A stretch of 63,165 nucleotides of DNA, the filler included, from Saprolegnia diclina VS20 (taxonomy: Eukaryota), in the NCBI RefSeq assembly GCF_000281045.1. It is 4 parts of 2 records of this genome, joined end to end, with 100 filler letters (N's around TTAATTAATTAA, not from the genome) between each part and the next. Parts side by side here need not be neighbours in the genome. Positions count along the whole stretch, not along the records: positions 27,115 to 52,682 come from NW_008246091.1; 3 more parts are not named here. One strand, 5' to 3'. The position numbers and the translations under genes were made by a program. Positions 36,001 to 45,670 of the stretch are shown in pieces. The notes beneath the pieces were generated by a model, which worked only from the letters and a program-made list of their open reading frames with translations, did no database searches and was not told the origin of the DNA. The first letter of the stretch is position 1. Each line of letters starts with the position of its first letter.

Positions 36001-37575
36001 ATGACATCGCCGACCACAAAACCAAAGCAGTCGCTCTTCTACACACGCAAGAAGGTCCCGCACCGCGCGTACTTGGAGCCGTCGATCCAGAATATTCCGG
36101 CGTCACCGGCTGCGGCCCACCTGCGCCCGCCACCGCCACGCCTGCCCACCGACCCCACACATTTCATCGGCATTGCGTCCTACCGCGACGGCTTCAAGTG
36201 CGGCTACACGCTCTGGACCGCCTTTACGAATGCGCAGTACCCCGACCGTGTCTTCCTTGGCGTCGTTGACCAGACCGGACCCGGCGACCTCATCTGCCTC
36301 GAAGAGTACTGTCGCCGCGCCAAAGAGACCTGGCCCGACCACGACTGCCGATACAAAGCCAACATCAAGATCGACGCGCGCGATGCGCGCTTGTCCAAAG
36401 GGCCCGTGATTGCGCGCTGGCAGCAACAACAGCTCATCGGAGACCAAGATTTCTGCATGGAGCTCGACGCGCACTCGAAGTTTCTGGCCGATTGGGACGT
36501 CGAGATCGTCAAGGACTGGCTGCGGACAGAGAACGAGATGGCCGTCTTCTCCAACTACCCAATGGCCTACAGCTTTATCTCACCAGGCGACAAGATCTCA
36601 ACGCACTACAGCTCGCACTTGGCGTCGTACCTCGAGCGCAGCCACGAGTATGACATTCCGGTCATTGGCGGCTACCTCCTCATTGACGACTCGGAGGTGC
36701 CGCAGATGTCGGCGCTCTGGGGCGGCTGCCTCTCGTTCAGCAAGTGCCACGCCGAGAAACGCGCGCCCATGGACAAGTACATGAAGTGGATCTTCTGGGG
36801 CGAAGAGTACCTCCGGTCCATGCAGCTCTGGACGCACGGCTACGACATTTACTCGCCGTCGCGCCACGGCCACATCGTGTTTCACAACTGGACCAACGAC
36901 CCGCAGAAGAAGCGGTTTTGGGACAATGTGACCACCGTGGCCGAGAAGCCGCGCGAAGAAGCGATCGCGTACAACCGTCTTCGTACGATGCTGACGCTGC
37001 CGTTCCAAGGCGAGGTCGACACGCGCGAGCTGCACCGGTTTGGGCCCGGCCGCGTCCGCTCGATTGCGCAGTTTCTCAACTTCTCGGGCATTTCCAACAC
37101 GAACGCGTCGCTGGACGAGTGGCCGACGGCGCAGCGTCGATGGGTGCCGTACTCCGTGCCGGACGAAGTCGAGGAGCTGCTACCGGGCTGGACGCTCCAC
37201 GGCAGCAAGGAGATCTCCGAGCCAATGGTGCAGAATGAACTGCAGAAGCTCGCGGCCGAGCTCCACGGCGATCGGGGTGCGCAAAATACATCGCTGCAGG
37301 CGCAAGCCCAGCAGCTGGACGCGAACCGTGCGGGCCGCGAAGATGTGCTCCTCCAGAAACTGGCCACCAAGCTCGAAGAAGCCCGCGCTGCGAACGAGGC
37401 GACGCTGTTGCACATTCGACAAGAGATTGCAAAGCTCCACGCGGTGCCGTCAGCAGTGATCGCGTCACCGGCGCTCCTAACGAGTCTCGTACCCATGGGT
37501 GTCGTCGCGTGTGCCCTCTTGGTGCTCTACTTTGTGGCGGGGCTTCGGCGTGCACGGTCCGCCGGGACCAAGTAG
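36001..37575 (+). CDS. GT60 / Gnt1-like polypeptide GlcNAc-transferase, copy B
   Basis: Near-identical to copy A over roughly the first 445 codons. Different, longer C-terminus with a transmembrane helix (MGVVACALLVLYFVAGL). Confidence 0.9.
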   Translation: MTSPTTKPKQSLFYTRKKVPHRAYLEPSIQNIPASPAAAHLRPPPPRLPTDPTHFIGIASYRDGFKCGYTLWTAFTNAQYPDRVFLGVVDQTGPGDLICLEEYCRRAKETWPDHDCRYKANIKIDARDARLSKGPVIARWQQQQLIGDQDFCMELDAHSKFLADWDVEIVKDWLRTENEMAVFSNYPMAYSFISPGDKISTHYSSHLASYLERSHEYDIPVIGGYLLIDDSEVPQMSALWGGCLSFSKCHAEKRAPMDKYMKWIFWGEEYLRSMQLWTHGYDIYSPSRHGHIVFHNWTNDPQKKRFWDNVTTVAEKPREEAIAYNRLRTMLTLPFQGEVDTRELHRFGPGRVRSIAQFLNFSGISNTNASLDEWPTAQRRWVPYSVPDEVEELLPGWTLHGSKEISEPMVQNELQKLAAELHGDRGAQNTSLQAQAQQLDANRAGREDVLLQKLATKLEEARAANEATLLHIRQEIAKLHAVPSAVIASPALLTSLVPMGVVACALLVLYFVAGLRRARSAGTK

Positions 37576-37750
37576 TCTGCTCATTCCTTAGTTTTCGTTT
37601 GGAGTAGGCTAATGAATTTCACTGTACCAGTAATGGAACTGGAGCATGTAGCCAGCAAGATCTAGCTCGGCCTGTCATGAGGTGTGGACTTGTTGTCCAC
37701 AGTCGCGGCGACAGCAGCTACAGTATTTACTCGCTGTCGATACAATGAGA

Positions 37751-37845
<95 letters not shown>

Positions 37846-37850
37846 TAGAT
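37751..37850. repeat. (GATA)n microsatellite
   Basis: About 100 bp of ATAG tandem units. Confidence 0.98.
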
Positions 37851-38012
37851 ATGACTCGTCTACTGCCGTATACCAGTAGATCTTAGTTGGGCCAATCTCA
37901 TCAGTGTCAATCTCAATGATCTTAGGCCAGTAATCTACATCTGACCAAACAAGTCGTGTGCATATCACGACAACAATTCAAGTAGATACGGAAAAATGGT
38001 ATTGCAACGTGT

Positions 38013-38729
38013 TTAAATGACGTACGCCTTGGCGCACGTGGCCGCGTACTTGGTCGACGGCGATGGCTTGAAGTTGTTGTGGGTGGCCTCTGTGTGGAAG
38101 CAGCGGCAGTGGCCCGTTGATTTGTCTCCGCTCAAGCCCCACGTGAACGCGTTGTACTCGCTCCCGTTGTCATAGCATTTGTAGCAGTCATCAAAGCTGC
38201 CGTCAAACCCGAGCACGGGCACGTTGGTCGTGTCGGCGGTAAGCTCGGCGTGGCCAAAGCAAAAGTTGTTCTTTCGGTAGTACAGCGTCGACTGCACGCC
38301 CGGCGCGGCCGCATAACTCGCTGCCGTGTGCTTGAGGTAGCACTGCCAGTGGTCGTTCTTGTTTTGGGATGTGCCATAACACGCAGAGTCCTTCTGACAC
38401 GCCTCGACGCAGTCGAAGAGCGACGACTTGTTGCCGGCGTCCTTAAGGTCCTTGCCCGGGTTCAAGTCAATGTCTTTGAGCTCAAGGTACCCCGGGTACA
38501 CGATGTTGACAAGGCCGACGACCTGCTTGCACACTTGGGACTCGAGGTCGAGCGTCCATTGGCAGCTGAGACCGTCCGCGCACGGCGTGGCCTTGCTGCA
38601 GCGGGACCACGACTGCGCCCCGACATCAATCGCCGCCGACATGTGCGGGCCAGTATTGGCGAGACGCAAGTGCGTCGTCGCTACCGCGAGGGGCAGCGCC
38701 GCCGCCGTGATTGAGAGCATCGTCTTCAT
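38013..38729 (-). CDS. Secreted CBEL-like protein (CBM1-like module plus PAN/Apple domains)
   Basis: Signal peptide MKTMLSITAAALPLAVA, then QSWSRC...CADGLSC...SQVC (CBM1-like), DIDLNPGKDL...DCVEACQKDSAC...CYLK (PAN), and a second PAN-like Cys pattern (DDCYKC...NAFTW...C). Confidence 0.78.
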   Translation of the reverse strand: MKTMLSITAAALPLAVATTHLRLANTGPHMSAAIDVGAQSWSRCSKATPCADGLSCQWTLDLESQVCKQVVGLVNIVYPGYLELKDIDLNPGKDLKDAGNKSSLFDCVEACQKDSACYGTSQNKNDHWQCYLKHTAASYAAAPGVQSTLYYRKNNFCFGHAELTADTTNVPVLGFDGSFDDCYKCYDNGSEYNAFTWGLSGDKSTGHCRCFHTEATHNNFKPSPSTKYAATCAKAYVI

Positions 38730-38740
38730 GGTGACAAGGT

Positions 38741-38754
38741 GAATTGAAAAATGA
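38741..38754 (-). promoter_or_regulatory. Oomycete Inr+FPR core promoter element
   Basis: TCATTTTTCAATTC matches the YCATTYYNCAWTTY consensus and ends 11 nt before the ATG at 38729. Confidence 0.75.
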
Positions 38755-39402
38755 AGCCCAATAAAGGACGTTCGTGAAGATGGGCGGAAGCTACCAAAGG
38801 GAGCCAACTCTGTACATATTTGGACATAGATGTCTCGCAGCAGCGTATGGATGTCGCGAAATTCTCGCCGCTGAAATATTGACTTGGGTACGTGTCGCTG
38901 GGCTGTGTCGACGATCGCAAATATATTCGCATGTGTATCCGGACAGGGGGACGTCGGGTCCTACAGCAAGCCCATATCGACGGCCGCCTTGGTAGCATTG
39001 AACGAAAGCTTTTGTTGAGCGGTGACGCGTGCAACGCAGTATTCTGTCGGCTTGGATAAAAGCGCTAAAACGCGATGCAGGAACAGTGACGCGACGTGCG
39101 TCAAGCGGAGATTGCCGGCACAAGGTGCAATCATATGGCCGGACTCTTTTCATGGATTCAGGATTACGGTGCAGAGACCCGGGGTGTTCGAGGGGTTCCC
39201 TTGGGATTGATTGGCGTTGCGGGACCGCGCTGTCCCACAACAACCTTGTGCGTCCAAGCAAACGACCTTCTCGTGGAACAACTGAGGTTCAACTCAGTCT
39301 TTGCAAGATGCCAGCCGATCACGCCCGCGGTGCGCACAGAATGCTCCCTAGTGATCGGGTTCACTGCAGGCAGGATTCAACCTTCTTCATATATGCAGGC
39401 GG

Positions 39403-39551
39403 CGTAGGGCGACGACAGAAGAGCCTGGCGAGCCCCCGCGCCGCCGCCTGCGCAGCCACGGACCGGCGAGCGAATGAAGAAGAAGGAGACTGCTGGTCTC
39501 TACGTATGCGAATCTATATGTAATAATGAAGATAACGCGAAACACGTTCAT
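39403..39551 (+). repeat. 149-bp dispersed repeat inserted between 14-bp direct repeats
   Basis: Similar to about 26750-26890. Flanked by ATATATGCAGGCGG at 39389-39402 and 39552-39565. Confidence 0.8.
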
Positions 39552-39648
39552 ATATATGCAGGCGGTATACGTGTCGTGAAACGTGAAGACGACCGACGCA
39601 AGAAGCAGCGGGAAACACATGTAAAAGTGGCATCGCTTTGGCTTTTCT

Positions 39649-41060
39649 TTACTTTTTCTGCTTCTTGAGCGCCTTGACGAGCTTGGCGTGCTTGCTCGAG
39701 TTGATGTGCGCGTTGTACTTGGTCTGCAACTGGAACGTCGCCTTGCACGGATCGCACTTCCACACTTGAGTCTTCTCCTTCTTCTGTTGACCACATTCAC
39801 ATTCAGATTCAATCTCAAAAACAAAATGAGGACCTTTGTCTCCACCTTGGGCTTGGCGGCCACAACTTCGGGCACGGCTTCGTCGTCGACTTCGACAGGC
39901 GGGACCCACGCCTCGTTGACGCTAAAGACGTGCGTCCGGGCGCCCTTGGTCGACGGCGGCTCGCCGCGGAACGACGCCGGGTGCGTGCGCTGCGCCTCGT
40001 ACCCAGGGTACAAGTTGATATCAAATGCATCCAGCCTACATGTATCAAGTTGATAGTCGCCGAAATTCCCTAAAACCAGAAAAAATGGGCATACCGCTTG
40101 AGCGTATAGCCCGCACGCTCGGCTTGGGCTTGAATGTTCCAGCGGTTGTAAAAGAGCGTGTTGCGCAAAGCGACGTGGATCTCGCCACGGGGCGTCTTCT
40201 ACTCATTTTTGTTCATTTGAGTCGAGTTTGAAGATATACGACGACGTACGAGGAATGGGCGGGCCGATGCAAAGAAGCGAAACAAGAGGTCCTAAGGCAT
40301 CCATGTGCACCAAGCGGCAACTCGAAGACGAGGACGTACCTGGTTCATCTGGACGTCTTCTTCGGTCGCACCGCCCAAATGCGGAAAGTTGAACAGAATG
40401 CGGTCAAACGACTTGGTGAGGATCCAGTCTTGCTTCTCGAGCGCTGTCGCGTCGACACCAACGTGGATTTCAGCCTAAGAGAATGGTAGTCTCTTCAGCC
40501 CCTGCGCGTCCTATCTCTAGTCATATATAGAGAGTTTACATGTGTGATCTGCAGCCCACGAATGTTGGCCGACGCCGTCGGGTACTTGCTCAAGAGCTCG
40601 GCCTGGCTGTCATACCTACAGTTGAGATCAGTGGCGTGTTCCATCTCTTGTTATAGGACAACATACACGGTGGCCACGATGCGTTGACCGCCCTAAGGTA
40701 TCCATGCGTCAAGGTCAGTCCCAAAGTTGCAAGGTGGTGTACCAAGTTGGTGGCAAGGGCGAGCGAGAATGAGAGATCGCCGTCACCGACAATAAGAACG
40801 TCGTGGCGATCCGCGACGTTGCCGACGATCTTGGGGTTCGGGTTCGAGAGGTTAGCTTGGTGAAAGATGGTCGACGCCGCATTGTCGATGCGCTTGGTCA
40901 GCACCACGGGCGCCGCCGTTGCCGCCGCTTTGACAGCCGGCCGCTTCTTCATGGCCTGGCGCGCATTGCGCTTGCCGCCGCCGCTGGGCGGTGCGCCGCC
41001 CTTCTTGGAGCCTTGCGACGGACCCTTCTTGGGACCCGCGTTGCCGCCTTTCTTGGCCAT
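39649..41060 (-). CDS. BMT5: 25S rRNA (uridine-N3)-methyltransferase BMT5-like (DUF2431) with C-terminal C2H2 zinc finger (spliced)
   Basis: VLIVGDGDLSFSLAL, GVDATAL, FDRILFNFPHLGG, YPGY. C-terminal WKCDPCKATF...YNAHINSSKH. Basic N-terminus. Confidence 0.85.
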
Positions 41061-41494
41061 TTTGCAGGATTGAAAATGCGGCATCCAATCATCGCGCGGT
41101 TTTATGCGAGGTGCCTGATTGGCTATTAAGTGACCAATCGTAGCTCGGCGATCGAACGGAGGATCGCCTTCGCTGTGTTAGATGCATAAATGCTACGCTG
41201 CATATGTGACGCTGCAGTACGCAGCAGTGCGTCGATGCCAGCCTGATGGCGTACTAAGGGCAGTAGCTGGGGACAGAAGCTGGCAAAGGGCTCGGGAACG
41301 CTCTTCCGCATACCGTGGGCTGGCCTGGCGTCCTATCCATCGGCACCACAGCATCCTATTGACTGATAATGGCAGGCTCATTGTTGTTTGCTCCATTCTG
41401 AACGCTCTCAGAGTCCCAGAGTCGCGCGCCGCTGCATCGGGTCGCGCCGTTGGATTGTAGTGTACGCGTTGTCGTGCGCGCCGACACCTCCGGT

Positions 41495-41508
41495 TCATTC
41501 TTCAATTG
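41495..41508 (+). promoter_or_regulatory. Oomycete Inr+FPR core promoter element
   Basis: TCATTCTTCAATTG just upstream of ATG 41517. A related motif precedes DUF4419 copy A. Confidence 0.65.
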
Positions 41509-41516
41509 CCCTCGCC

Positions 41517-42726
41517 ATGGTCACGTTCGCCGTCTCGTCCGTGGAGCGNNNNNNNNNNNNNNNNNNNNNNNNNNNNNNNNNNNNNNNNNNNNNNNNNNNN
41601 NNNNNNNNNNNNNNNNNNNNNNNNNNNNNNNNNNNNNNNNNNNNNNNNNNNNNNNNNNNNNNNNNNNNNNNNNNNNNNNNNNNNNNNNNNNNNNNNNNNN
41701 NNNNNNNNNNNNNNNNNNNNNNNNNNNNNNNNNNNNNNNNNNNNNNNNNNNNNNNNNNNNNNNNNNNNNNNNNNNNNNNNNNNNNNNNNNNNNNNNNNNN
41801 NNNNNNNNNNNNNNNNNNNNNNNNNNNNNNNNNNNNNNNNNNNNNNNNNNNNNNNNNNNNNNNNNNNNNNNNNNNNNNNNNNNNNNNNNNNNNNNNNNNN
41901 NNNNNNNNNNNNNNNNNNNNNNNNNNNNNNNNNNNNNNNNNNNNNNNNNNNNNNNNNNNNNNNNNNNNNNNNNNNNNNNNNNNNNNNNNNNNNNNNNNNN
42001 NNNNNNNNNNNNNNNNNNNNNNNNNNNNNNNNNNNNNNNNNNNNNNNNNNNNNNNNNNNNNNNNNNNNNNNNNNNNNNNNNNNNNNNNNNNNNNNNNNNN
42101 NNNNNNNNNNNNNNNNNNNNNNNNNNNNNNNNNNNNNNNNNNNNNNNNNNNNNCCGATCCTCGATCAGTTTGTGGCGGCGGCACAAGGCGAGGCGGACGT
42201 AGCGTTCTGGGACCGCATCTGCAGCCACGAAGGCGGCGGCTCGGGTCCAAGCTACCTCAACGGCTGGATCAGCGTCTTTTGCGTCTTCAACGACAAAGGC
42301 CAATGGCAAGGCGACAAGATGACCGACACAGTGCTGCTGCGAAAGCCCGAGGCCAATCCGGATGATTGGTTTGATGCTGTTGAGACCGAAGTTACGTACG
42401 ACTACCCACTCATCGACATGCAAGACATTCCACCCAGGTACCTCACCGTCGACGTGACGATCGACGACAACGGGACCGAGTACAAGGCGCTCATGTTTGC
42501 GGGGCACATGGCCTACAGCATTGGTGACAACAAGGCGTCGATCGCGCCATCGCTGAGCTGGGCGATCGCGCTCAAGAACGGCGAGCCGGCACCGCCAGAC
42601 GAGATGGAACTCTTCTTTGCACGACGCTCTTCTGAACGCGCGAAGAGCAGTGCGAGCACGCCAGTCGGTTGGTTCTGTACAGTGTGGTCGACGCTGGTGC
42701 AGCGTTGGTCGACCAGCTTTGGCTGA
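41517..42726 (+). CDS. DUF4419 family protein, copy B (middle in N gap)
   Basis: Same start as copy A (MVTFAVSSV). After the gap it is near-identical to copy A (PILDQFVAAAQG...WAIALKNGE), then has a different, longer C-terminal tail. Confidence 0.85.
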
Positions 42727-42974
42727 CTGTACACTGAGCATCGAAAGCCTCTACTTGCCTCAATTTCGGCCTCGCCATATCCGGATCATTTGGCTGTTGT
42801 GTCGAGCTTTGGCCACCGACAGAGGCGGACCGTGTGAAGCCGTGGGTTGAAGTTGCTGCAAGCTATGGTCGGGCTAAAGTTGCGTGCGTTTAGTCCCTCG
42901 ATGCTTGTTGCAATGCAGTTTGAGAGGTTTTTCGAAAATCCACGCAAATCTTTGCGTCGACACCAAAGGTCAAC

Positions 42975-45346
42975 ATGGACGCGAGCACGGTGGTCATGGA
43001 CGCAAGCATGGTGGGCATGGATGGTAGTACGCCGACGATGCCGTCGCCGGGCATGGACGACGCGCCGATAAGCCCGGTCGCGCAGGCCAACGATGACCCG
43101 GCCGTCGAGCCCATCACGAAGGAAGACGAGCCGCGCGTCGTCGAGCCCGAGCGCTTCGAGATTGAGACGTTCACGCCCTTCTCGTCGTGCCACCTCTGGC
43201 GGCTCATGAGCTCCTTCTACGAGCGCCAAGGCGTCGAGTCGTGGGCGCAGGGCATCGTGCCGCACTTTATCACGTCCAACACGTTCATCGCCAAGCGGTA
43301 CGCTTCATCATCTCTCGATGTTGGCTCCTACAGCGCATGTAGCTACGTCCAGGTCTTTCTTGCCTACCTGCGCGACGCGACGTCGGCCTTGGACCCGACA
43401 CAGCCGCTGTACCTCGTCGAGCTTGGCACGGGCAGCGGCAAGTTCAGCTTCTACTTTGTCCAATGGCTCCACGAGATGGAGGCGATTCTGCCGTTCCCGC
43501 TCAAGCAGATCCGGTACATCATGACGGACTTTACGGACGCGAACCTCAAGTTCTGGACGACACACCCGGCGCTCGCGCCGTACGTTGCGTCCGGCCTCCT
43601 CGATTTCGCCATATTTGACGCGACCGCCGACACGTCGCTGCACTTGCTGTCGGCCAAGACGACGATCGCCGCGGCGACGCTCGCGAACCCCATGTGCGTC
43701 GTCGCCAACTACCTCTTTGACACGCTGCACCACGAACTCTTTCGCGTACGAACGTCGTCCAAGCCGTTGCATGGACCATACGAGCTCGTGTAGGTCGAGA
43801 ACGGCATCCTCAAGCAAGGCTTGATCAGCGTCGGGTCGTCGCACGCTCACGAACCTGGTACGCGCGCACTCGAAAGCGTCTAGGCTTCTCACGGCGAGCG
43901 TAGACATTCTTGACCCCGAAATCATCAAGCGGCTCGCCAACCGGTTCCAGTACGACGCGATCACGGCGGCGTATTATGGCGACCAATGTCACTTGAACGC
44001 CGTCTTGGAGTGGTACCACGACTACTACGGCGCGTCACCGGCCACGTTCCTCGTGCCCATTGGCGCGCTGCAGGCCATCGAGCGGCTCAAAGCGCTCACG
44101 CGCAACCAGCTGCTCATTCTCTCGGGCGACAAGGGCCACACGAACCCCGACCACTTTCGCGGTCTCCAAGACCCGCACATTGCGGTTCACGGGTCCTTCT
44201 CCGTCATGTACGTCGTTGTTGTTCATTTTCGTTCATTTTGTGCGTTTTTGCTCATTTTTTATCATTTGTGACCAATTTGTACATATTTTGCTAGTTTTTT
44301 GCTCATTTTTTGTACATTTTTGTTCAATGTTGCTCATTTTGGAGAGGTGAATCGACTCCATTCGATGCTGTAGGGTCAACTACCATGCGATTGGCGTCTA
44401 CGTGGCGAGCCGTGGCGGCTTTGCCCTCCACAACCCGCAAGAGGAGGCGAGTTTGAAGGTGTCGCTATTTGTGCTCCCAGCCACCGATGCACCGTTTACG
44501 AACGACACGAGTGCGGTCGCCCTCGACGAGCGCTGCATGGAGCGCGCACGGCAGTACCCGCACGCGGCCCACACCTTTGACGACGGGCTCGTGAGCTTTG
44601 GTCCCAACGACTTTTTCATGATGCAGAAATGCCTCAAGGTCCACATACGATCTTATTGCGGTTGGGTTGCGACGAAACGTGTATAGGAAGACGCCAAGCC
44701 GCCGAGCCTCAAAGGCGTGCTCGCGCTCCTCAAGCTCAGCTTTTACGACGCTGATTTGCTCTACAAGTTTCGGGACGTCCTCTTGGATCAATCGCCGACC
44801 GCACCGCCCAAGGTCAAGGTCGACGTGCGTCATTGCCTCGCGCAGACATGGAAGCACTACTACCAGCTCGACAAGGACAAGGTCTGTTTTTCTCCAAACG
44901 AATTGTTGAGATTGAGAGTCGCATGTAGGACATTGCGTTTGAGATTGGCCGCGTCTTTTATGGCATGCGCGAGTACTATGACGCGCTCACGTACTACACG
45001 GCGTCGCTCGATGAAATGGGCAAGCACCACGTGACGTACCACAACATGGGCCTCTGCTACTACAGCACACAGCGGTACGTCGCATCGAGTCTTGTGGCTT
45101 CGACTAACTCGGCATTCGAGTAGACTCGACGAAGCAAGCACGTGCTTCCTCGCCGCGACCGAGCTCAACGCGTGCTACACGAAAGCGCAGACGTGGCTCC
45201 AGCGCGTGCAAACCGAGCTTCTCGGTGGCAAAATCGAGGCCGACCCCAAGGCCGTCGCCTTGCAGGCGGTTGACATCCGCGTAGTGGAGGAGACGCCCGT
45301 CATGGATGGCCGTGTAGCTCCTGCCGTCGTCGCACCGACCAACTAG
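42975..45346 (+). CDS. SAM-dependent methyltransferase-like protein with C-terminal TPR (multi-exon)
   Basis: VPHFITSN, motif I LVELGTGSGKF, YIMTDF, VVANYLFD, ILSGDKG, HGSFSVMVNYHAI, and C-terminal TPR-like helices (YHNMGLCYY). Several short introns, e.g. 43298-43342 and 44208-44373. Confidence 0.82.
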
Positions 45347-45436
45347 GAAAATGCCGTTCAAGGTGGCGACCTCTAGGACTCTGCACAGATCAATATAAAA
45401 CTCTATCCCGTGTTGGACTATGGCGCGTTGATGTGT

Positions 45437-45670
45437 CTATATGACAAAGTAGTTGGAGAGGCAGAAGAGCTCCCAGCGCGGCTGCGACGCCTTCGGACCC
45501 TTAGGCTTCTCCGGCTCCATAATGTAGCTGAGGAGGCTAAAGCACGTGAGGAGCAGGAGGCCCCAGAAGAACTCTTGCGTGTGGTCCACGAGGAGGGCGA
45601 CACCCCATGCGAAGGTCGTCTCGAGCGCCGAGCGCACGCTCTCGGTGCTGATGCGCAGCGCCACATGCAT
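45437..45670 (-). CDS. Small putative membrane protein or gene fragment
   Basis: 77-aa ORF with gene-like codon usage and a hydrophobic segment (FFWGLLLLTCFSLLSYIM). No family recognised. Confidence 0.35.
   Translation of the reverse strand: MHVALRISTESVRSALETTFAWGVALLVDHTQEFFWGLLLLTCFSLLSYIMEPEKPKGPKASQPRWELFCLSNYFVI

Noticed and set aside
37751..37850. (GATA)n and (TATC)n tracts as possible retroelement tails or array repeats
   Set aside because: No element body is adjacent and there are no spacers. Treated as plain microsatellites. No CRISPR-like repeat-spacer array was seen anywhere in the window.
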